DNA of 64,000 nt from assembly GCA_016192455.1 (NCBI GenBank), contig JACPUC010000026.1, forward strand, positions 1-64,000, written 5' to 3'. Position numbers and translations under genes: made by a program. The stretch comes from Candidatus Tectimicrobiota bacterium (GTDB taxonomy: Bacteria > JACPUC01). Within the stretch, counting starts at the first letter, position 1. Every line of letters begins with the position of its first letter. Positions 21,119 to 29,667 of this stretch are shown piece after piece. The notes beneath the pieces were generated by a model. The model saw only the letters and a program-made list of their open reading frames with translations. It searched no databases and was not told the DNA's origin.

Positions 21119-23109
21119 CCTCCCTCCGTCACGCTGCCCTGGCCATGGCGCTCCTCCTTGGCTGCCTGCCGGCCGGCTCTCCGCCGGCGTTTGCCCAGGC
21201 GGCGAAGGAGGCCGCCGCGGCTCCCTACCGCGACACCGGAAACTTCGCCGAGGACCTCAAAGCCTTCCTGACGGCGCGCGGCGTCATGCCTGCTTATGAG
21301 AAGCTCAGCCGGGCGCTCGACCAGGTCTACCGGCGTCAGAGCCCCAGCAGCGAGTACGCCAAGACGAGCTACTTGCTGCGACGCGTGGCCGCGGCCTTCA
21401 CCGACCCCGTCTCCCTCGATCAGGAGGCCCGCCGCACGGACCTGGCGCTGCGCCGCGCCGCCGGGACGCTTCCCGGAACGGCGCAGGAGATCCTCCGTGT
21501 CGCGGCGGATCACCTGGACTTGGCGGTCGAACGACAAGCCCCACCGCCGCCGTTCCCTGATCCCCTGACCGCGGAGGCGCTCTTCGATTACTTCGAGCTC
21601 CTTTTCGCGCGCGCCCGCGGCGTCACGCGGGCAGCCTTCTCCGCGCTCTCCGACTCGGAGCGCGCTTTCCTGCGCCGCCACGCCGCCGAGCTTGCGGCGC
21701 GCTTCGTTGGGCATCTCTACGTCAACGCGTCGGCCCCCCGCGACGTCGCCAGCCGCAACCTGGCGCTCCTCAAGCTCACCGAGAAGCTCAGCTACGACTC
21801 GCTCCTGCGCGCCGCGCTCGACCTTGCGGCGGGGATCGATGGCAAGCTGCTGGCAGCCTTGCGCCAGGGCGTAGCGGCGGCTTCTCCGCCGGCGCCGCGA
21901 CCAGGTCTCAGTGGCGACGTCCTCGCCGTGCGCGAGACGGAGTACGGCCTCTTCGTGCTGGGAGGCCCCGGCCCCACGAGGTACGATGAGGATGCGGCGC
22001 TGATCATCGACCTGGGCGGCGATGACTGGTACGCGAACAACGCCGGCGCCTCGATCTCCGCCGCCCAGGCGCATGCCGTGCTCCTCGACCTTGCCGGCGA
22101 CGACCACTACATGGCGCCCGCCGGCAGCCCCGGCGCGCCGCGCCTCGCCAGCCAGGGGAGCGGCGTCTTCGGAGTGGGCCTGCTCTTCGACCTGGCGGGG
22201 AACGACACCTATCGCGGCGGGCGTTTCGCGCAGGGGAGCGGTCATTTCGGCGTGGGGGTCCTCTTTGATGGCGGGGGGAACGACACTTACGAGGCGGAGG
22301 AGTATGCGCAAGGAAGCGGCGTTGTCGGCATCGGCCTGCTCATCGATGCCGCCGGCAACGACGCCTACGCCGCGAAGCTCTTCGCGCAGGGCTTCGGCGC
22401 CGTGAAGGGGTTTGGCGGCCTCATCGAGCTAGGCGGGGATGACCGCTACCTGGCGGGGCAGGCGCACCCGAGCGCCTGGCGCCACACCGACAGCCACGCC
22501 AGCATGGCCCAGGGCTTCGGCATCGGCCACCGTGGGCTGACGACGGGCGGGATCGGCGTGCTGCTCGACGCGGCGGGAAACGATCGCTACACCTGCGAGG
22601 AGATCTGTCAGGGCGGAGGGTACTTCCTCAGCCTGGGGATGCTCCTCGACGGCAGCGGCGATGATCAGTATGACGCCACGATCTACGCCCTTGGTTTCGG
22701 CCTCCACTCCGCGGCCGGCATCCTCATCGATGCGGCAGGCAACGACCGTTACCGGGTGACGAAGCGCAACTCCCAGGGGGACGCCTGGGACGCCGCCGTG
22801 GGCATCTTCATTGATGAGCGCGGCGACGACCACCATGAGGCGAACGTCTTCGGGCAGGGGGCGGGAGCGCAGAACGGCTTCGGCGCCTTTCTCGACCGCG
22901 CCGGTTCGGACACCTACGTGGGGGTGGCGGTGCGCGGCTACGCCGGCGGCAACTGGTACGGCACCGACGAGGAGGGCGGCCCCACGCGCGGAGCCGCCAG
23001 CATCGGCTTCTTCTTCGACGGCGGCGGAGCGCGCGACCTCTACCATGGGCCGGGAGACGACGACCGCACCACCGTCCGCCCCGACCTGACGATCTTCATC
23101 GACCAGTGA
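21115..23109 (+). CDS. secreted protein with about 12 D-x-x-G-x-D-x-Y repeats
   Basis: Signal peptide (MTSLRHAALAMALLLG...AFA); repeats such as LLFDLAGNDTY and LLIDAAGNDAY separated by QG-x-G turns; ATGA overlap with the upstream MFS gene. Confidence 0.85.
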   Translation: MTSLRHAALAMALLLGCLPAGSPPAFAQAAKEAAAAPYRDTGNFAEDLKAFLTARGVMPAYEKLSRALDQVYRRQSPSSEYAKTSYLLRRVAAAFTDPVSLDQEARRTDLALRRAAGTLPGTAQEILRVAADHLDLAVERQAPPPPFPDPLTAEALFDYFELLFARARGVTRAAFSALSDSERAFLRRHAAELAARFVGHLYVNASAPRDVASRNLALLKLTEKLSYDSLLRAALDLAAGIDGKLLAALRQGVAAASPPAPRPGLSGDVLAVRETEYGLFVLGGPGPTRYDEDAALIIDLGGDDWYANNAGASISAAQAHAVLLDLAGDDHYMAPAGSPGAPRLASQGSGVFGVGLLFDLAGNDTYRGGRFAQGSGHFGVGVLFDGGGNDTYEAEEYAQGSGVVGIGLLIDAAGNDAYAAKLFAQGFGAVKGFGGLIELGGDDRYLAGQAHPSAWRHTDSHASMAQGFGIGHRGLTTGGIGVLLDAAGNDRYTCEEICQGGGYFLSLGMLLDGSGDDQYDATIYALGFGLHSAAGILIDAAGNDRYRVTKRNSQGDAWDAAVGIFIDERGDDHHEANVFGQGAGAQNGFGAFLDRAGSDTYVGVAVRGYAGGNWYGTDEEGGPTRGAASIGFFFDGGGARDLYHGPGDDDRTTVRPDLTIFIDQ

Positions 23110-24167
23110 GCGCCCGCACCATGGCACGAACATCCCGCCCGCGGGCACGACATGCCGGTCCGCGGCTCCCCCCATGGCCTCGCGGAACCGTGCGCCGCCG
23201 GCCTCCCTGGCTGCGTTCCTGCCTGAGCTGGCTGCTGATCAGCGGAGTCCTTGCGGGAGCGGCGGCGGCGAGCCACGCGCAGGGGCGCCGTGCAGAGTAC
23301 GCCCCCGCCTCGGTCGGGGAGGAGATGATCCTTGTGCCAGCCGGCCCCTTCGCCATGGGAAGCGACGCCGGCGAGGCGAACGAGGCGCCGCTGCGCCGCG
23401 TCACGCTCGCTGCCTTCCGCATCGACCGCCTGGAGACGACGAACGCCGAGTTCGCTGCCTTCGTGCTCGTAACCGGCCACCGGACCAGCGCCGAGGAGCG
23501 CGGCTGGGGCTGGGTCTGGACCGATCGTTGGCGGCGCGTGGACGGCGCCGACTGGCGCCACCCCCACGGACCCGCCAGCACCATCGCCGGCCTCGCCACC
23601 CACCCGGTCGTGCAGGTGAGCTGGCATGACGCGCGCGCCTACTGCGCCTGGCGCGGCAAGCGCCTGCCGAGCGAGGCGGAGTGGGAGAAGGCGGCCCGCG
23701 GGGCAATCCAAGAGACTGGAAAGGAGAATGAGGCGCTGGAGCGCGCCGAGGTCCAGCGCTACCCGTGGGGTGCGGCCTCGCCGCGCGCCGCCGGCATGCA
23801 GCGCGCAAATTACGGCAGCGACGCTTGCTGCCGCCCGGACGAGAGTGACGGGCACCTCACCACCGCCCCGGTGGGGAGCTACCCGCGCGGGACCTCGCCC
23901 TACGGCGTCCTCGACATGGCGGGGAATGTCTGGGAGTGGACGGAGGACTGGTACCATCCCGCCGCCTACCGCAGTCTGCCCGACCTCAACCCCGTGATGC
24001 GGGCGCCTTCCGGCGAGAAGGTGATCCGCGGCGGCGGCTGGGGGAACGACGCGTACGGCCTGCGCCTCACTTACCGCCACATGAACGACCCCTCCTTCTC
24101 CCTCGACATGGTGGGGATTCGCTGCGCCGCGGATGCCGAGCCCCCGGCGTCTCGCGCGCTTCCGTGA
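23106..24167 (+). CDS. formylglycine-generating-enzyme (SUMF1/PvdO) family protein
   Basis: FAMGS, HPVVQVSWHDARAYC, RLPSEAEWEKAARG, DMAGNVWEW and GIRCA motifs; N-terminal hydrophobic signal. Confidence 0.9.
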   Translation: MSARTMARTSRPRARHAGPRLPPWPRGTVRRRPPWLRSCLSWLLISGVLAGAAAASHAQGRRAEYAPASVGEEMILVPAGPFAMGSDAGEANEAPLRRVTLAAFRIDRLETTNAEFAAFVLVTGHRTSAEERGWGWVWTDRWRRVDGADWRHPHGPASTIAGLATHPVVQVSWHDARAYCAWRGKRLPSEAEWEKAARGAIQETGKENEALERAEVQRYPWGAASPRAAGMQRANYGSDACCRPDESDGHLTTAPVGSYPRGTSPYGVLDMAGNVWEWTEDWYHPAAYRSLPDLNPVMRAPSGEKVIRGGGWGNDAYGLRLTYRHMNDPSFSLDMVGIRCAADAEPPASRALP

Positions 24168-24309
24168 CGCCCGCGCGCGCTCCTCATTCAGAACGATGCT
24201 GGACGGTCCCCGCGCGCCAGCGGTCAGGCGGAGGACTCCATCAGCTTCTCTCGCCGGCAAGGTTCTTTGGAGTTTCAGGAGGGCGGGAAAGGGCCGAGCC
24301 ACCGGCAGG

Positions 24310-25059
24310 TTACTGGCCAGGCTTGGAGAACGACCTGAGAAAAGCGATGAGCCCCTTCACCGCCGCCTCGTCGAGCTGGGCGCCGAAGGGGGCCATGGTG
24401 GCGTAACCGAGGCGCTCGATGCTGGCGGTCTTGCCGTGGGTGACCATGTCGATGAGGTAGCGGCGGCTGAAGCGGCTCATGTCTTGACGGTCGTTGAAAT
24501 CGGTGGGAGGCGGCTGGAGGCCGGAGGCGAGCGGGCTGTCGCCGCCGCCAAGCATACCGTGGCACGAGGCGCAGAAACGCCTGTAGACCGGCATCGCGCC
24601 GCTGCTCAGCATGACTGCCTCGCCGCCGCTTCCTCCCCGCTCGGCGAGGCTCTCCACCATGTCGGCAAGGGCTGTGATCTCGTTGCTCGAGAGCACATCC
24701 TCGAACGCCGGCATCGAGTTCGAGGAGAGCCCGGTGCTATCACCGCGGCGCAGCACCGCTAATTTGCCGCTGCGGATGACGTCGGCCAGGTAGGCATCCG
24801 TGAAGCGAGCCATGAAGCGGGCGTTGGTGAAGTCGGTCGGCCGCGGCATGAGGCCCGGCGCCGCCGGACCCTTGCCGTCCCCCTTCTCGCCGTGGCAGGT
24901 GGCGCAGAGGGCCGCATAGGTCTTCTGAAGACTCTCCGCCGTCGGGGTCGTTTCCGCCCGCGCGACGCCGGCGCCCGCGGTGCTCAGGCACGCCAGTAGA
25001 CCCAGCAGCACGATCCAGCCTCGTGGTGGCGCGCTCCTTACCCACAGGCTCCCGTGCAC
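24310..25059 (-). CDS. periplasmic di-heme c-type cytochrome
   Basis: Signal peptide; CATCH and CASCH; two P-x-P-T-D-F motifs; distal Met motifs SMPAF and TMAPF. Start estimated. Confidence 0.88.
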   Translation of the reverse strand: MHGSLWVRSAPPRGWIVLLGLLACLSTAGAGVARAETTPTAESLQKTYAALCATCHGEKGDGKGPAAPGLMPRPTDFTNARFMARFTDAYLADVIRSGKLAVLRRGDSTGLSSNSMPAFEDVLSSNEITALADMVESLAERGGSGGEAVMLSSGAMPVYRRFCASCHGMLGGGDSPLASGLQPPPTDFNDRQDMSRFSRRYLIDMVTHGKTASIERLGYATMAPFGAQLDEAAVKGLIAFLRSFSKPGQ

Positions 25060-25067
25060 AGGCCCCC

Positions 25068-26528
25068 CTATGCCACCGCCGCGAGGATGTCGCGGCTCAT
25101 GCCGCGCTGCGCCAGCCACTTCGGCAGCAACTCCTGCTCGACGCGCCGGATGACCCGCGGCGCGGCCCGACGAAGGTACGCGGCCAGCGACTCCGAGACG
25201 TTCATCCCCATGCTGGCGCCGTCGAAGATGATCACCTTGTCGGTCTTGGCGGTGCGGTAGGCGAAGTCCATCGCCGTTTCCAGCGTGTCGGCGATCATGG
25301 CGTGCTTCATGTACTCCATGTTCTGCGGGTCGCGGTTGAAGAGGTCCGCCTGCTCGCGCCCGACGACGATCGTCGGCGTGTTCTTCGAGAAGAAGACGCA
25401 GGGGTAACCGCCGAAGGCGTAGTTGTGCACCACCATCTTCAGCGCCGGGTTCACCGGCGGGATGTCCGGCAGCAGCTTCTTGCCGCTGCGCGTGTAGTAG
25501 GACTCGGTGTAGAAGGTGTACGGCGGCAGCGGCACGTCGAGGTCGAAGAGGTCCACGTTGGCGTCGATCATGTTGGCGTAAATGGTGCCGCCGGCAAAGA
25601 CGTAGGGGATGGGCCCGGGGAAGTCGAGGATGCAGATGCACTCGTCGATCTCGCCGAAGAGGTTGACGAGCTTGCTGTAGTACTTCAGCCCTATGGCGTT
25701 GACGCGTTCATCGATGGCGTAGAGGTTATTCTCGGCATCAACGCTGAGGATGCCGTAGGGCGACATCTGCAGGAAGACGGCGAAGGCGAACTTCTTCTGC
25801 ACGAAATCGCTGTCGAAGATGGCGCGGGCGACGAAGTTCGAGGCGCGGGGGCCGAGGTTCTGATGGTAGCACGAGCGCGTCTCGATGCGCGCGTACGACA
25901 TGCCGAAGGGCTTCACGGCGCGGTCGAGCTGGCGGTGGAAGTGGATCTCGCGCACGTCGCTGTTGTGCGTGTGCACGATCCAGTCGGCGTTGTAGGCCTG
26001 CGCCAGGCCGTAGAGGCGGCCGATCACCGTGTCGATGGCAACGCCGCGGTCGATGGGGCTGATGTTCGTCGCCTGGCCTTCGAAGTAGTCATCCAGGCCG
26101 TGCAGCTTGATGTACTCCTCGGACTCGCGGAAGCGCAGGCCGACGCCGGCGCGCAGGCGCACCTTGCGCGTGCCGGTGCGCTCGATGATGACGTCGCGCA
26201 GGGTGCGCAGCATTTCCGCATAGGGACCGCCCCCCAGCAGCGTGAAGCCGTGGTGCGAGGCCAGGAGGTTCACCGTGTGCCCCGGCTTGATCATGCCGAG
26301 GTCGACGTTCTCCAAGGCGCGCACGGTCGCCTCGCGGATGGCCGCCAGGCCGTCGCGGCCGTCCCCTTCGCTGCGCGGGTAGATGACCGGCGGCGCTTCG
26401 GGGAAGAGCTCGGCGATGCCGACCGAGGTGATCCCCGGCAGCTCGCAGCCCCGCATCTTGACCAGGGCCGGATCAATGCCGTACTGCGACTTGCGGGGCT
26501 TTGCCGGCGGCAAGGGTTGGCGTGTCAT
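25068..26528 (-). CDS. conserved hypothetical enzyme, possibly distant LarA/DUF2088-DUF362 superfamily
   Basis: 486 aa, clearly coding, GAGGGGG RBS. The IKPGHTVNLLASHHGF...ADWIVH...VKPFG...YH pattern resembles LarA-like proteins; that family call is tentative. Confidence 0.75.
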   Translation of the reverse strand: MTRQPLPPAKPRKSQYGIDPALVKMRGCELPGITSVGIAELFPEAPPVIYPRSEGDGRDGLAAIREATVRALENVDLGMIKPGHTVNLLASHHGFTLLGGGPYAEMLRTLRDVIIERTGTRKVRLRAGVGLRFRESEEYIKLHGLDDYFEGQATNISPIDRGVAIDTVIGRLYGLAQAYNADWIVHTHNSDVREIHFHRQLDRAVKPFGMSYARIETRSCYHQNLGPRASNFVARAIFDSDFVQKKFAFAVFLQMSPYGILSVDAENNLYAIDERVNAIGLKYYSKLVNLFGEIDECICILDFPGPIPYVFAGGTIYANMIDANVDLFDLDVPLPPYTFYTESYYTRSGKKLLPDIPPVNPALKMVVHNYAFGGYPCVFFSKNTPTIVVGREQADLFNRDPQNMEYMKHAMIADTLETAMDFAYRTAKTDKVIIFDGASMGMNVSESLAAYLRRAAPRVIRRVEQELLPKWLAQRGMSRDILAAVA

Positions 26529-26530
26529 GG

Positions 26531-27145
26531 TTAGACCCCCTCTCGGCTGGCGCGCAGCGTTTGGTTCAGCAGCGCCAGGTCCTCTTCGAAGCGGAACCGC
26601 GGGTGCTGCTCCCGAACCGCCTGCGGAATTTCCCAGGCGGTGATGCAGTCGGAGTACCACTGGTAGCCTTTGCCCGGTGGCTTGCCGAAGTCGCGTCCGG
26701 CGGCGCGGAGCATGCGCATCATCGGCTGGCAGCACTCCACGCCGCAGCCGGTCAAGGTGCCGGTGAGGCGGGAAAGGTCGCCGGGGTTTTGCGCCCCCTC
26801 GAGCACCGCCGCTGCCAGCTCGTCGGCGCGTGTGCCGGTGCAGAAGCAGACGATCTGCTCCGGGTTGATCTTGGCCCGGGCGCAGAGCGCCTCGATCTCC
26901 TCCCGGTTGTACTTGCCGGCGTCGAGGCCGATGGTGTACGGCTCCACGGGCACCATGTCGATGCAGCGCTCCGGGCAGCGCTGCTCGCAGTTCCAGCAGC
27001 CAGGACAGTGCGTCTCGTCGATGACCGGCAGCAGACGGTCTCGTTTCTCCATCGTAATCGCCAGGGTCGGGCAGACGTGGGCGCAGATGGCGCAGCCCGT
27101 ACATTCATCCGCCCGCACTTTGGCTACCAGATTGACCACACGCAT
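26531..27145 (-). CDS. 2[4Fe-4S] ferredoxin fused to a BFD-like [2Fe-2S] domain
   Basis: CTGCAICAHVCP, CPGCWNCEQRCP, then VCFC...GCGVEC; GGGGAG RBS. Confidence 0.88.
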   Translation of the reverse strand: MRVVNLVAKVRADECTGCAICAHVCPTLAITMEKRDRLLPVIDETHCPGCWNCEQRCPERCIDMVPVEPYTIGLDAGKYNREEIEALCARAKINPEQIVCFCTGTRADELAAAVLEGAQNPGDLSRLTGTLTGCGVECCQPMMRMLRAAGRDFGKPPGKGYQWYSDCITAWEIPQAVREQHPRFRFEEDLALLNQTLRASREGV

Positions 27146-27233
27146 GCTGATCTCCCCTTGAACGCCGGGTTGGGAGAACACCTCGCTAGAGTGAGTGACT
27201 TCCTCGGCTACTCCCCCGACTTGCATCAGGGGG

Positions 27234-27267
27234 GAGAGTTTCGATCTCGATAGAGTCTGAAACTCTC
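27234..27267. repeat. inverted repeat in the divergent intergenic region
   Basis: GAGAGTTTC (27234-27242) and GAAACTCTC (27259-27267). Confidence 0.6.
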
Positions 27268-27384
27268 TCCTTCTCCCATCGTAGGAGGAGCACCCACGCC
27301 TACCCGCAATCTACAAAGCGGCGCCTGAAAACTCAAGCTGCAATTGTTGCTGCCTGCAGCAGCGGCTGCGTGGCAATTGACAGC

Positions 27385-27400
27385 GGGCGCAAGAATTGCT
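27385..27400 (+). promoter_or_regulatory. putative sigma54 promoter for the amidohydrolase-grdE-grdB operon
   Basis: GGGCGCAAGAATTGCT (GG-N10-GC with TTGCT). Confidence 0.45.
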
Positions 27401-27535
27401 CTCATAGGCGGAGGTCGTCCCGAGGGGCGCCGCGGCAGGGCTCGTGCTTGCCCCAGGCGGAGGCGAGTGGAGAGCCACGAACGTATGGGAAGCTGGGACG
27501 AGAGCCAGCCCCATCATGCAGGCGGGAGGAGAGCC

Positions 27536-28174
27536 ATGAAGCCGGAAGATATCTATGCCCGCTTTGGGATCGGCACGCAGCGCGTTGGTTTCGGCAACAC
27601 GCCGGCCATCCTCGTCATTGACATGCAGCGCGACTTCTTCGACGAGAACGCCTCCACCGGCGGCGTGGAGACGGCGGCCCACGGCCCCATCGCCAAGCTC
27701 CTCGAGGCGGCGCGCACCGCCGGCGTCCACGTCATCTACACCCAGCAGGGGCACCGCGACGACATGGCCGACGGACCCCGCTGGGTCGACAAGTTCCCCG
27801 GCTTGAAGCGCGGCGGCCTGCGCACCGGCAGCACGGGCGCGCAGATCGTCCACGAGCTGGCGCCGCAGCAGGGGGACTACGTGGTTGAGAAGCGCCGCCC
27901 TAGCGGCTTTTTCCAGACCGACCTCGACCTCTACCTGCGCTCCCTCGGCGTGGATACGGTCATCGTCACCGGCTGCACCACCAGCGGCTGCGTGCGGGCG
28001 ACGGCGGTGGACGCCTTCTCGTACAACTACCGCGTCATCGTGCCGCGCGAGTGCGTCGCCGACCGCGCCCCGGAGCCGACCGAGGCGAACCTCTTCGACA
28101 TCAACATGAAGTACGGCGACGTGCTAAAGCTTGCTGAGGTGCTCGACTACCTGAAGGCCCTCAAGAAGAGCTAA
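27536..28174 (+). CDS. isochorismatase-family amidohydrolase (N-carbamoylsarcosine amidase / maleamate amidohydrolase NicF-like)
   Basis: VIDMQ, K-R-R-PSGF and GCTTSGCVRATAVDA (Asp-Lys-Cys triad); GGAGGAG RBS. Confidence 0.9.
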   Translation: MKPEDIYARFGIGTQRVGFGNTPAILVIDMQRDFFDENASTGGVETAAHGPIAKLLEAARTAGVHVIYTQQGHRDDMADGPRWVDKFPGLKRGGLRTGSTGAQIVHELAPQQGDYVVEKRRPSGFFQTDLDLYLRSLGVDTVIVTGCTTSGCVRATAVDAFSYNYRVIVPRECVADRAPEPTEANLFDINMKYGDVLKLAEVLDYLKALKKS

Positions 28175-28223
28175 GGCGTCCGGCGCGACATCACAGCGGC
28201 GCGCGCCCACCGAGGAAGGCGCG

Positions 28224-29492
28224 GTGAGACTGGAGCTGCACCACCACCAAGTCAGCGGCATCAGCTTCGGCGAGGCGACCGGGCTCGGCGCCGGAATGCT
28301 GACGATCAACCGCGAGGAGCTGAGCGCGCTGCTGTTGGCCGACGAGCGCCTTGCGGCGGTCTCCTTCGACCTCGCCGCGCCCGGCGAGGACTGCCGGATC
28401 ATCCAGGTCTGGGATGTGGTCGAGGCGCGCTACCGCGGCGACGGCGCGAACTTCCCCGGCATCCTGGGACCAATCGAGGCGGTGGGACGCGGCGTGACGC
28501 ATACCCTGAAAGGGATGGGCGTCGTCATCACCAATCCCTCGTCCAGGGGACCGGAGGCGAAGGTGATCGACATGGCCGGCCTGGGCGCCGAGTGGGGACT
28601 CTACGGCCGGCTGCATCACCTCGTCGTGCAGCCGCAACCCGCCCCCGGCCTGCCGGCCCCGGAGCTCCTCTACGCCCTGCGCAAGGCCCAGGTGGCCGCC
28701 GCTGTTTACCTGGCGCGGGCAGCCGCCGCCGCGCGCGCCGATGAAGTCGAGGTGTTCGACCTGCCCCCCCTCGGCAGCCGCCCCGACGCGGACTCCGGCC
28801 TGCCGCGCGTCGCCTACGTCTTCCAGATTCACTCCCACCAGCGCCCCACCGAGGACGCCGAGCCGGTCCTCTACGGCAACAACGTGCGCAACTTCCTGCC
28901 GACCATCCTGCACCCCAACGAGGTGCTCGACGGCGCCCTGGTGCGCTCGTACTACCGCAAGGGGTTCGAGACCTACACGGTGCAGAACCACCCGATCATC
29001 AGGGAGATGTACGCGCGCCACGGCAAGGAGCTGGAGTTCGCCGGCGTCGTCGCCACGGTGGCGCACCAGACCGAGCCGGAACGCCTGCAGAGCGCGGCGA
29101 TGGCGGCGAACCTGGTGGCCGAGGTGCTGGGCGCGAACGGCGCGGTGCTCACCAAGACCGGCGGCGGCGCGCCGCACATCGACATGGCGCAGATTGCCGA
29201 ACTGCTCGAAGCACGCGGCGTGGCGACGGTGATGATGGCCATGGACATGTCGGTTGACGGCAGCGCGGAGGGGGGCTCGCTCTTCAGCTTCCCCGGCGCC
29301 GACGCCATCGTCAACTACGGCTTTTCCCCCTCGCCCCTGGCGCTCCCCCCCGCCGCGCGCATCATCGGCGGAGCGCCGGAGACGCTCGTTTACGGCCGCC
29401 CGGCCAGCGGCGCCATCGAGGTCGATCTCGAGGTCCTCGCCGGCGCCGAGAACCCCATCGGCGCCAACCGCGTCATGGCGGCGCACTATTGA
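28224..29492 (+). CDS. glycine/sarcosine/betaine reductase component B alpha/beta proprotein-like (GrdE-like)
   Basis: MRLELHH N-terminus; A-x-PGEDCRII, GRGVTHTLKG, LPRVAYV, PTILHPNEVLDGA and QNHPII motifs. Confidence 0.88.
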   Translation: MRLELHHHQVSGISFGEATGLGAGMLTINREELSALLLADERLAAVSFDLAAPGEDCRIIQVWDVVEARYRGDGANFPGILGPIEAVGRGVTHTLKGMGVVITNPSSRGPEAKVIDMAGLGAEWGLYGRLHHLVVQPQPAPGLPAPELLYALRKAQVAAAVYLARAAAAARADEVEVFDLPPLGSRPDADSGLPRVAYVFQIHSHQRPTEDAEPVLYGNNVRNFLPTILHPNEVLDGALVRSYYRKGFETYTVQNHPIIREMYARHGKELEFAGVVATVAHQTEPERLQSAAMAANLVAEVLGANGAVLTKTGGGAPHIDMAQIAELLEARGVATVMMAMDMSVDGSAEGGSLFSFPGADAIVNYGFSPSPLALPPAARIIGGAPETLVYGRPASGAIEVDLEVLAGAENPIGANRVMAAHY

Positions 29493-29544
29493 GCGGTGCG
29501 CATTGACGTGGCGCGTCGAGCAGCAGGCTGATTTTTTCTTTGGT

Positions 29545-29636
29545 GGGGAATCATTGATCCCCCACACCCCCTCTCCGCGCGAGCTGCACAGCAGCTCGCG
29601 TAGTCGGGGTGCGCGAGGGGACGAGGTTCCCTCGCA
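29545..29636. repeat. structured intergenic repeat, copy 1
   Basis: Shares TCATTGATCCCCCACACCCCCTC and CGGGGTGCGCGAGGGG...CCCTCGCA with 60959-61052; three hairpins. Confidence 0.85.
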
Positions 29637-29667
29637 GACAAAAAACGATCTCCCGAAAGGCCGCACC

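Noticed and set aside
26529-27104. N-terminal extension of the 678-aa ORF (and of the 443-aa cytochrome ORF)
   Set aside because: Off-frame overlap with the upstream genes; not fusions.
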